Source: an uncultured Planctomycetota bacterium (lineage in GTDB: Bacteria; Planctomycetota; Phycisphaerae; Tepidisphaerales; Tepidisphaeraceae). From it: a DNA stretch of 64,000 nt. Positions 50,480 to 59,720 of the stretch are shown piece by piece. Positions within the stretch are counted from its first letter, which is position 1, and every line of letters starts with the position of its first letter. The position numbers and the translations under genes are program-made. Below the pieces are notes generated by a model. The model was not told the origin of the DNA, did not search any database, and worked only from the letters and a program-made list of their open reading frames with translations. The stretch is from contig CAWJEN010000006.1 in the NCBI GenBank assembly GCA_963841915.1, positions 448,001-512,000 on the forward strand. Reading direction: 5' to 3'.

Positions 50480-51925
50480 CTACTCCGTGGCCGCATCCGT
50501 CAGGATGAACTTGATCTCCGCCTCTGCCGCCAGCTTCTCGGCCACGTACGCACGGCACCGCACCTGCCCCGAGCGACTCTTGACCCGAACCGCCTCGGCC
50601 ACGAGCACCAATTGATCCCCCGGCGTTACCGTCTGACGCAGCTTGACATTGTTCATGCTGAGCAGGATCGCGATCTTGCCCGTGTGCTCGAGCTTCTGGC
50701 TCAGCAGAATGCCACCCAGCTGGCCCATTGCCTCGACAATCAGGACACCCGGAAAGATCGGCTGTCGTGGGTAATGGCCAAGGAAGTAGACGTCACCCAT
50801 CGTGACGTTCTTGATCCCGATCGCCCGTCGGTCGCCATCGATCTCCAGGACGCGGTCGACCAGCAGCATCGGGAAGCGGTGTGGCAGAATCCGCTGGATC
50901 GCCCGAATGTCGATGGCTGCGTCGCTCGACGGCTTGTTGATCAGGTTGCGAAACTCGGCCGCCTCGCCCGGTGTGGCGTGGCGTGGCGTGCTGTTCTGCT
51001 TCGCAGGTGTCTCGGCCTCGAGCAGGGCCCGAACCAGGTCATGATTCAACGCGTGCCCGCTCTTGTGCGCGACGACCCGCCCGCAGATCGGCCGCCCGGC
51101 CAGCGCAAGGTCGCCAATGAGGTCGAGCACCTTGTGCCGAACAGGCTCATCGTCGAAGCGAAACTCGTTGTCGACCGGTCCCTCTTCGCCGACGACGAGA
51201 AGGTCCCTGTACGTCAGGTGGCCGCCCCAGCCTTGCGCTTTGAGCGCCTCGGCCTCGCGCTCGAAGATGAACGTCCTCGACGTCTGCACTTCGCTGGCAA
51301 ACGTCCCTTGCCGGCCGTCGGCGGGGTACTCGAACCTGCCGACGAACGTCTGCCTGCCGATGGGTGGTGGCGCTTCAAAGGTGTAGACGACATCTAAAGC
51401 GTCGGTCGGGCCGGGCAAGGCCACGATGGTCGCGCCGCCTTCGCTTCGGACATGCACCGGCTGGGTGATGATGAGCGGCTTGAGCGTCTCGCCTTCGTGT
51501 GCCTTGACGCCTGCCTCGGCGATGGCGTTGGCAAAGACCTCCGACGAGCCGTCACCCATCGGTAACTCGATCGACTCTGCCGCGGCGTCATCAAGGGCCT
51601 GAACGGCGATGGTCGCATCGGTCACGCCCGCCCCGGCCAAGGCAGCCATGAGGTGCTCGACCGTTTCGACGACAATGCCCTCGCCGCGCAGCACGGTGTG
51701 ACGGGGGCGTTGCTCGACGTTGCGGATGCGAGCTTCGACGGCGGCCGCCTCGCGGCCGTTGGCGTCGTGGCGGACGAACCGGATGCCGCGACCGGCGGCG
51801 GCTGGAAAAAGCTCGAGCTTTGCCTGGCGACCGGTGAAAAGACCCGGACCGGTCAGGCTGGCCGTCCCGGCAAAGGAGCGGCGTGGAAGAACGTGGTTCG
51901 AGTCGGTATCGCTGGAGTCAGGCAA
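50480..51925 (-). CDS. lpxC: Bifunctional LpxC deacetylase / FabZ dehydratase
   Basis: TVEHLMAAL and HKVLDLIGDL (LpxC); LPHRFPMLLVD and GHYP..PIFPGVLIVEAMGQ (FabZ). Confidence 0.95.
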   Translation of the reverse strand: MPDSSDTDSNHVLPRRSFAGTASLTGPGLFTGRQAKLELFPAAAGRGIRFVRHDANGREAAAVEARIRNVEQRPRHTVLRGEGIVVETVEHLMAALAGAGVTDATIAVQALDDAAAESIELPMGDGSSEVFANAIAEAGVKAHEGETLKPLIITQPVHVRSEGGATIVALPGPTDALDVVYTFEAPPPIGRQTFVGRFEYPADGRQGTFASEVQTSRTFIFEREAEALKAQGWGGHLTYRDLLVVGEEGPVDNEFRFDDEPVRHKVLDLIGDLALAGRPICGRVVAHKSGHALNHDLVRALLEAETPAKQNSTPRHATPGEAAEFRNLINKPSSDAAIDIRAIQRILPHRFPMLLVDRVLEIDGDRRAIGIKNVTMGDVYFLGHYPRQPIFPGVLIVEAMGQLGGILLSQKLEHTGKIAILLSMNNVKLRQTVTPGDQLVLVAEAVRVKSRSGQVRCRAYVAEKLAAEAEIKFILTDAATE

Positions 51926-52208
51926 GTCGTTACACCTCTAGACGCGGTTGCCAATGCTAGGTGACGGTCGGGAGGGGCTGGTGCGACGGCGCTGGGCACT
52001 GAGGGGGTGGATGTTCTGCGGGTCGATTGCAGCCGCAGAGCGGATCGGGTCGATACCACAGCAACCGCCTCTGCCGCGCTTGCGGCGGGCCGCGGGATCG
52101 CGACACTGCCGAGCCCGCCTGGGACCTTTGCGTCCCATAAGCTGCGACCGACGAAAGCGACGTAGCCTCTCTGCCCGCTTTGCCACCGCCCGAGCCGAAC
52201 CCGCCACG

Positions 52209-53612
52209 ATGGCCACGATGCTCCCTTTGCCGAACCGAACTGCCTCTTCCGTCCGCCGCCTGGCCACCGCCTGCGGGCTTGCTGCCGCCGCGTTGCTCGC
52301 CGGTGGGTGTGAAGTCTCCGACTTCCTCGACCCGTCGAACGTTGTCGACCCGAGCAAGCGAAACCAGCTCGAAAACGGCAAGGCCTCGCCTGTTGTCAGC
52401 GTCATCCTTGATGACCTGGACCTGGGCGTGACGCCACCCGACGAAGCCTTCGCCGACGCCCGTGACGTGCAGGCGGGTGACATGGCCGTCATCAGCGAGG
52501 ACTACATCATCGGCGCAGCCGACCAGTTGCGCGTCACGATCAACGACTACCCGGTTCCGGGTGGTCAGTTCGTCGACGCGTTCGAGGTTTCGAGCACGGG
52601 CTCGATCAACCTGCCCGATGTCGACGAGGTCGTGGTCGAAGGGCTGACAGAGAGCGAAGCCGCCGACGCCATTGAGGAGGCATTCGTCGACAGGCAGATC
52701 TTCGTCGACGGCGCCGCCCGCATCAACGTTTTGGCGTTCACGAAGCAGAACCGCACGTTCACGATCATCGGCAACGCCGTCGGCCGTGCCAACCGGTACG
52801 TCATCACGCAGCCCAACTTTCGCCTGCTCGACGCAATGGCCCTGTCGGGTGCCGTCACAAGTGCCGAGGTGCTGACGGAATACGCCTACATCATTCGTCG
52901 TCAGCCGTCCGACGGCGGACCGGCAGGGGAACGGGCCCAGCCACGGCGAAACAACGGCGGCCAGGCGGTGCCTCCGGGTGATAACGACCAGCTTTCACCG
53001 CGCGGCGACGCCGGTGACATAAACGACGCCGAGCCGATGCTGTCCGACGAATGGGCCCCGGTCTTCGCCCAGGCAGAGGGCACGGCAGGTGGCGGCAGTG
53101 ACTCGTTCAGCTTCGAGCCGCCGACCGAACCACAGGATGTCGAAGTTCTCCGCGTGCCGGTGCAGGAGCTGCTCAGCGGCCAACTCAAGTTCAACATTGT
53201 CGTGCGTCCGGGCGACACCATCGTCATGAACGCCGACGTGGGCGGCGTCTACTACGTCGGCGGTTACGCAGCCGTGACCGGCACGTACCAGCTCTCGCCG
53301 CAGAACCCGGTCACGCTCAAGCGGGCCATCATCAGTGCTCGTGGCCTGTCGCCTGTAGCCATTCCTAGCCGCACGCAGCTCATCCGCAAGATGGGTGATC
53401 AGGACGTCTTCGTCCGTGTCGACCTCAAAAAGATCTTCAGCGGTGAGGCACCTGACCTGTACGTCAAGCCCGGCGACATGATCATGGTCGGCACGAACTT
53501 CCCGGCACCGTTCCTGGCGGCACTTCGTAACGGCTTCCGCGTCAGTTACGGTTTCGGCTTCCTCTACGACCGTAACTTCGCCCGCGACCGGAACGACAAC
53601 AACAACTTCTAG
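52209..53612 (+). CDS. Polysaccharide export (Wza/SLBB-type) lipoprotein
   Basis: Lipobox LAGGC; YIIGAADQL...GSINLP...VEGLT (Poly_export); two SLBB-like segments ending VRPGD and VKPGD. Confidence 0.82.
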   Translation: MATMLPLPNRTASSVRRLATACGLAAAALLAGGCEVSDFLDPSNVVDPSKRNQLENGKASPVVSVILDDLDLGVTPPDEAFADARDVQAGDMAVISEDYIIGAADQLRVTINDYPVPGGQFVDAFEVSSTGSINLPDVDEVVVEGLTESEAADAIEEAFVDRQIFVDGAARINVLAFTKQNRTFTIIGNAVGRANRYVITQPNFRLLDAMALSGAVTSAEVLTEYAYIIRRQPSDGGPAGERAQPRRNNGGQAVPPGDNDQLSPRGDAGDINDAEPMLSDEWAPVFAQAEGTAGGGSDSFSFEPPTEPQDVEVLRVPVQELLSGQLKFNIVVRPGDTIVMNADVGGVYYVGGYAAVTGTYQLSPQNPVTLKRAIISARGLSPVAIPSRTQLIRKMGDQDVFVRVDLKKIFSGEAPDLYVKPGDMIMVGTNFPAPFLAALRNGFRVSYGFGFLYDRNFARDRNDNNNF

Positions 53613-53627
53613 TCGCACCTGAGTAAC

Positions 53628-53666
53628 CAAACGCCCCCGAACCGGTCGCCGGCTCGGGGGCGTTTG
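53628..53666. terminator. Bidirectional terminator
   Basis: CAAACGCCCCCGA / TCGGGGGCGTTTG inverted repeat between convergent genes. Confidence 0.8.
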
Positions 53667-53689
53667 CATACGGAAGGGGGTGGAAGTAG

Positions 53690-56600
53690 CTACACGGTCT
53701 GGCCGAAGTTGGCCCGTAGCAGGGCAAAGTCGAGAATGCTGACCGTGTCGTCGTAGTTGAAGTCACCCTCGGACCACAGCGAGCCGCTGCCGAACCCACC
53801 GCGCAGGCGGGCGAAGTCGAGGATGCTGACGGTGCCGTCGAGGTTGGCATCGCCGTATCGTGTGTAGCGGACGAGGGTGGCGGTGGCGTCGACGGGTCGA
53901 CCGGCGAACGAGCCGGCGCCACCGAGCAGGTCGGCCGAGTCGCCGTACCCGAGGGCGAACTGGTTGGCATTGCCGAACGACGTGTTGATGCCGGCCCCGT
54001 TCCACGCGCCGCCGTTGTAACCGGAATCGATGAGGGCGGCGATGGTGCCGAGCGGACTGACGCCGCCGAAGTCGACGATGAGCGCGTTGTCGGCGATGTC
54101 GAGGAACCCGCCTGCGTTGGTGTTGATCGACAGGAAGTCGGTCTCCAGCACGATCGGGGTGATGCTGTCGAAGGTCGCCCGGCCGCCGTCGTCGAGGACG
54201 AACTGCGACAGGGTTTGCGAGGTGAACATGCGGATCGCCGTGTCGGCGTAGATCTGGTCGAGACCGTCCTCGCCGTCCACAAATACCGGCGGGGCGAAGA
54301 TGTTCTTGCCGTTGATGTCGATGTTGTCGTTGCCGCCGCCAGCCTTGACGGAGATGGCACCGTTGAACGTCGAGTTGACGTCGATGGTGTTGTTGCCGAG
54401 GTTGGCCTGGAGGTCGAGCTCTTCGAGTCCGCTGAACGTCCTGCTGTACGTCGACGTGTTCTTAACGAGGGCTGTGGACGTCAGCGTGTAGGTGTCGTTA
54501 CCTGTGTCGAGTCCGTCGAGGAAGATCAGGTCATCCGTCCCGGCGTTGCCGTTGACGACGATGTCGCCGCTGAGGGAATCGATGCGCTGGGCACTTGCGG
54601 CGACGAGAATGTCGTCGTTGCCGCTGCCGGCGTTGATGACGAGGTCGACCGGGAAGATGATCGGCGGTCCGCCGATGATGAACTGTGAGCCACCCAGGCC
54701 GTTGACGTTGATCGTGTCGTTGCTCGTTCCGGCATTGACCGTCAACGCCTCGATTCGCGGCGGGCTGATGAGGCCGGAAATCCAGTCCACGCTTCCTTCC
54801 CAGCCGCTTCGGTCGAAGCCGCCTGAACCAATGTCGTAGGTTCGAGTGCCTGTCTCGCTCGCGTCGTTGATGTTGACCCGGTCGAAGCCTGCATTGCCAT
54901 CGACAAACACATCAGCGATGACCGGGTTGATGTCCCCGTTGCCGATGTTAATGGTGTCGTTGCCGTCACCGGCGGCGACGGTCAGATCGTTCTGGAGCGT
55001 AAAGCCGAAGCCCAGGACGCCCATCCCGTTGACGTTGATCGTGTTGGACCCGTCGTTGGCGTAGAGGGTCGTTTCTGCGATGGCGATGCTCGTGTAAACG
55101 TCTCCGCCGAGCGAGCTCTTGGTGAAGGTTTGTGCGCCACCGAACGTGCCACCGTCGAAGGTGTAGCTGTCGTTGAGCGTGTCGCCGCGGTCGTCGAGGA
55201 TGACGACGTTGGTGCCACCGTTGCCGTTAAGAACAAGGTTGGCCGAAACATTGGTATCGAGATCGCCGAGATTCACGGCACCGACGCGGAACGTATCGTC
55301 GCCGTTGTTGCCCTCGATCAGGACGTCGGCAACCGTGGCCGCGAACCGCTCGAGGTTGATCACGTTGCTGCCGGTGTTCGCCTCGAGTTCGACGTCCTCA
55401 ATGTTGCTGTACGTTGTGGTGCTGGTTTCGCTCGATTTGGAGAAAAGGGCCAGGTCGAACGTGTAACTGTCGTCAGCGGTGTCGCTTGCATCTTCGATGA
55501 CGAGCCGGTCGATGCCGAGGCCGCCGTTGACGATGACGTCGCCGCTGGTGTTGTTGTCGTAGTCGCCGCCACCGACAAAGACGGTGTCGTTGCCGTCATT
55601 ACCGTTGACAGTGAACGCGCCTGTGACGGTGCTCGACACCCGGTCGAGGTTGACCGCGTTGTTACCAGGGTTGGCGTCGAGCACGATGTTCTGCATGCTC
55701 GAGAAGGTGAACGTGTCGGAGAAGCTTGTTTTGGTCAGCGTGGTGAAGTCGAGCGTGTAAGTGTCGTTACCGGCATCGGTCGAGTCGTCGATGTTGAGCG
55801 TGTCGTCGCCGCCGTCACCGTTGAAGATGACGTTGGCACGGATGTCGGCATCAAGATCACCGTCGGCGACGTTGAAGATGTCGTTGCCGTTGTTGCCCTC
55901 GATGCGGAGTGGCAGGGTGCTGAACAAATCGTTGACGTTAAAGGTGTCATCGTTCTGCGAGGCGTCGATCACAACCTCCTCGGCGTCATTGCCGACAGTG
56001 ATAATGTCTGAGCCTTTGATAAAGTCGTTGCCGTCGATGGTCCAGGTGTCGGCACCGAGTCCGTCGTTGAAGTCTTCGATGTCGACAACGTCGGTGCCTG
56101 CTCCGGTGTTGACGACGACGTTGCTGGCGAGGTTGGTATCAACGTCACCGCCACCGATGCGGACGATGTCGTCGCCGTCGCCGGTCTCGATGCGCAGCGT
56201 GATCCCGCTCGGCAGTGAGTTGACGTTGACGGTGTCGTTCCCGCCGCGGGCGAAGATGATGACTTCGCTGGAGATGTCGCCGACGGATCGTGTGAAGGAG
56301 CCGTTACCGCTGGAGGCGATGGTGAGTTCGAGCCGCTGCCGCTGACGGTGAAGGTGTTGGCTGCCTTGGGTGCCGCTGACGTTCAGGTCGCCCTGACGAT
56401 CTTTGACCCAGCCCAGGCCGCGGTGTAGTGGGCGCGGACGCCGTTGATGTCGTCGGTGAGCAGGGTGCGGTCGTCGGGCCTTGTCATGCGGTTGCCGATG
56501 CAGGCGTCCATGATGGCCGGCTGCGGCGTCGGGCAGACGCCACCGACGACGTTACCGTTGGGGTGCCGAAGGCCGAGCGCGTGGCCGATCTCGTGGACGG

Positions 56601-57290
56601 CGACTTCGAGATAGTCGACACCGCTGCTGCCGGGCGAGCCGTCGCCCCAGCTGTTGCCGTTGTCGAAGTGCAAGTCACCGGCGATGCCGCCGGAGACGAG
56701 GTTGACCGGGAAGATCGGATTGGTCGGGAAAATAGGCGTGGGCCAAGACGTTGGCACCCGACTGCACCGTCGATGAAGTGGTGGCCGAAGCGCAGCTGCG
56801 GGTTGCCGCCAGCGCCGTAGTCGGGGTCGTCGATGCTGGACGCTCGGGCCGCTGTCGATCTCTTCGGTGAAGGTCAGGTCGCTGACTGCCGTCCAGATGA
56901 GCATGGCCTCTTCGGTCAGGTTGCGAAGCTCGGTGGTGATCAGGCCCGACGAGGCCGCCGTTGAGCAGATTGCTGTAGCTGTACGGACGTCGGGCGAATT
57001 CCACTTCGTCGTAAGATCGTGACGACAGCGTCGTTGCCGACGAGATTCTGCTCGTCGATCGGCACATGTTCGGCTCGCCATCGTCGACGTGGCCCATGTC
57101 GTCGTTGTAGCCGTAGAGGGCGTGCACCAGCTCGTCATCGCCGTGGTCGTGATGTGTGGTCGGTTCGGCAAGGTCGCCAGGCGGCGTGGGCCAGCAGGCG
57201 ACGGGCCTCGAGCGGCTCGATGGCCAACACCGGGATGCGGCGGCTTGCGCGAGGAGGAGGCGCGGGGAAGAGAGGCGATGCGACGGCCAT
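53690..57290 (-). pseudogene. Large secreted LEPRxLL / matrixin (M10) / RTX-like repeat / dockerin protein, multiply frameshifted (pseudogene or assembly error)
   Basis: ATG 57290 gives MAVAS...IEPLEARRLLA. Fragments in alternating frames include ANVLAHAYFP, GDLHFD and HEIGHALGLRH. A continuous frame from ~56340 to 53690 carries GNDTINV-type repeats and a C-terminal [14 protein letters not shown] dockerin. Confidence 0.8.
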
Positions 57291-57624
57291 GGCGGACGGG
57301 CGGGGGCAGAAAACATGTTCTCTCCGGTGGGATGAGGGCTGGGATCACGAGTTGCCCGAACCGCCCAATTACCGATCCCTACACCTTACGCTAACGTCGA
57401 CGAACAACTGCCGCGGGCAGGTTGGAGGAACAGCAGCGAACTCCGGCAACGGTAACAAGCCGGCGGAAGCAGCTCAAGCACATTTAGCATTAAGATGCGG
57501 AACAAGGAGTCGACAAGGCATGCCGTTCGGCGACGGCTCCTTCGCGTGTGAGGCGGGCTGGGAGGCACGACAAAGCCCGATGATCCAGCCGGACCAGCGG
57601 GCAGAGCTTTGCCGTGACAGGCCT

Positions 57625-58266
57625 CTACATCGGCTCGTGCTCGATCGTGCGGTCGTAGACCTCGAGCAGCTTGCTCTTGTCGAAGATCATCTCCTGACGC
57701 GTCAGGCCGACCAGGTCGTAGACGCTCGTCAGCTCGATGGCGTCGACGGGGCAGGCCTCCTCGCACATGCCGCAGTAGATGCAGCGAAGCTCGTCGATGT
57801 CGAACTTGATCGGGTACTTCTCGCGGTCTTCCCACGGGCTTTCGCCGGCCTCGATGTGGATGCAGTTGGCCGGGCAGGCGGTGGAGCACATAAAGCAGGC
57901 GACGCACTTGACGCGACCTTCTTCGTCTTTATTGAGCCGGTGCACGCCGCGGTAGGTGCTGCGGAAGATGCCACCGTCTTCGACGGCCTTGTCCTCGCGT
58001 CTCTCCTCGGGGTACTGGATCACGCGGTGCTCGTCCTTGACGACGACGTTGAACAGGTGCCGCATCGTCGTGCCAAGACCCTTGAAGACCTGCGGCAGGT
58101 AGAACTGGTCGCTGATTGTCAACTTCGGCTCGGTCATCGTCACGTACGTGCCGTCGTCGTCCTTGATGCGGGAGACGGGCCGCTCCATGATCTTGGGCGG
58201 CGTTTGGGCGACGGGGCCGGTGGGAACGGCGACCTTGGCTTTGTCGTGCGTCTGGGTCTCGGGCAT
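57625..58266 (-). CDS. nuoI: NADH-quinone oxidoreductase subunit I
   Basis: QYPEE; RGVHRL; CVACFMCSTACP and CIYCGMCEEACPVDAI (two 4Fe-4S motifs). Confidence 0.95.
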   Translation of the reverse strand: MPETQTHDKAKVAVPTGPVAQTPPKIMERPVSRIKDDDGTYVTMTEPKLTISDQFYLPQVFKGLGTTMRHLFNVVVKDEHRVIQYPEERREDKAVEDGGIFRSTYRGVHRLNKDEEGRVKCVACFMCSTACPANCIHIEAGESPWEDREKYPIKFDIDELRCIYCGMCEEACPVDAIELTSVYDLVGLTRQEMIFDKSKLLEVYDRTIEHEPM

Positions 58267-58352
58267 CTTGCGGCACGATAGGGGCCAACTGACAAGACGG
58301 CGGCCACGTCACCGTGGCCGCCGTCGGTTTGTGTGAAACACGCCTTTCAGTT

Positions 58353-59642
58353 TCACTCGACCAGCATCGTGCGGCTCGTCTCGTCGGCAAGCATCCAGCG
58401 GATCGTGTAGTTCAACAGGTCGTAACCGTCCTGGTTGTACTGCCACTTGCTGCCTGAAAATTCCGTGGTGCGGGTGAAGATACCGGCCCGCTTGTGCTTG
58501 GCGGTCTTGCCGTTACCCATCTTGCTGCCGGCGTCGAACCAGAAGGTGGTGGCCTTCATGAAGTCGTCCTTTACCGTGCTGAGCACGACGGCATCGTTGC
58601 CCAGGGCGGCGCGGTCGGCGTAGCCCATCAGCGAGTTGCCGTCAGAGGCCTTGGCCTTGTACTCGACGCGGTCCTTCGCCTTCATTTCACCCGATTGATA
58701 CTTGGCCCAGAGCTTGGCGTTGGTCCGGTTCTTACCGTCGGTGTCCCACCAGTCCTGCCACTGCGACCGCCAGTCGAGATCGAGCTCGTCGGCCTCGCCG
58801 TTCTTGCCTTCCTTCTTCATGCCGAGCTTGCGGACGTCGATCTCGCAGTCGAAGTCTTTGGCTTGGATGGTGGTGTGCGTTTCGCCGTCTGCGCCGCCGG
58901 TGAAGCCGAAGGAGTCGTACAGATTCGTCTCGCCGCACACCACCGGCGCGTCGATGTCGAAGAGGGCGGGGTCGACCCTGCTCGACGACACGCTGGAGCT
59001 GATGAACAGCACCTCGCCCGGCACGATGAGATCTTCATCAACGTTGTAGATCGTGACAAGCCGCACCGGGTAGCCGGCCTTGCGGATCTGCTTCATCATG
59101 GTGACGTCGTTGGCTTTGGGTGAATTGGCGTTGTCGACCGCCAGCAGCACGCCGGGCAGGAACGCCGTCGCCGACATCGTGTGCGTGGTCTCGCTGAGCC
59201 CGATCCAGCCGCTGGCGACGGTTCGGACGGTCATATCGACCTCGACGCGAACGGCATTGGCTTCGCTTGAGTCCGACGCCTCGACCGTGAACGCCTTCGC
59301 AACCGAGTTCCACTTGCCGTAGAGCACGCGAACCGCCTCGACGTCAGTCGTTCCGGAGCTGCTGCCGACGCTGAGGCCGGCATCCGCCAGCACGCCCGCG
59401 ACAGCGTCCTCGACGTCGTACTTGCCGTGGGCGACCCTGTAAGCGCCGGCCTTGGCCGCCGAGTCGGCGGCCGTCTGAACCATGCTGCGACCAACCGCGT
59501 AGTTGCCGACCTCCGTCATCACGCCCAAACCCAGGAGCATGACCGGGATCAAGAAAACGGCAAACAGCAGCACCGACCCGCGACGAATGTGAACGCGTTG
59601 CAGATGAATCGGTGGACCTTCTGAAGAGAGCTGGCGTGACAT
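58353..59642 (-). CDS. TadG/Tad-domain pilus assembly-like protein
   Basis: RRGSVLLFAVFLIPVMLLGLGVMTEVG...VQTAADSAAKAGA; YGKWN; NAVRV; SATA. Confidence 0.78.
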   Translation of the reverse strand: MSRQLSSEGPPIHLQRVHIRRGSVLLFAVFLIPVMLLGLGVMTEVGNYAVGRSMVQTAADSAAKAGAYRVAHGKYDVEDAVAGVLADAGLSVGSSSGTTDVEAVRVLYGKWNSVAKAFTVEASDSSEANAVRVEVDMTVRTVASGWIGLSETTHTMSATAFLPGVLLAVDNANSPKANDVTMMKQIRKAGYPVRLVTIYNVDEDLIVPGEVLFISSSVSSSRVDPALFDIDAPVVCGETNLYDSFGFTGGADGETHTTIQAKDFDCEIDVRKLGMKKEGKNGEADELDLDWRSQWQDWWDTDGKNRTNAKLWAKYQSGEMKAKDRVEYKAKASDGNSLMGYADRAALGNDAVVLSTVKDDFMKATTFWFDAGSKMGNGKTAKHKRAGIFTRTTEFSGSKWQYNQDGYDLLNYTIRWMLADETSRTMLVE

Positions 59643-59720
59643 GCAGCAAACCTGCAATCCACGCCAGCTCAAGACGAACCGCACCCGTGTTATCGGCCGG
59701 CCACCTGCGGCTGACTGCGG

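Noticed and set aside
53690..56340. Repetitive sequence as a possible CRISPR array or DGR repeat
   Set aside because: The repeats are degenerate in-frame protein repeats. There are no fixed repeat-spacer units, cas genes or reverse transcriptase.
57480..57610. Possible c-di-GMP-I riboswitch-like sequence
   Set aside because: It lacks the GGCAAA...GNRA...GACGCAAAGC core and is oriented away from the downstream gene.
58325..58340. GTGAAACA parS half-site
   Set aside because: The left half does not match and it is not palindromic.
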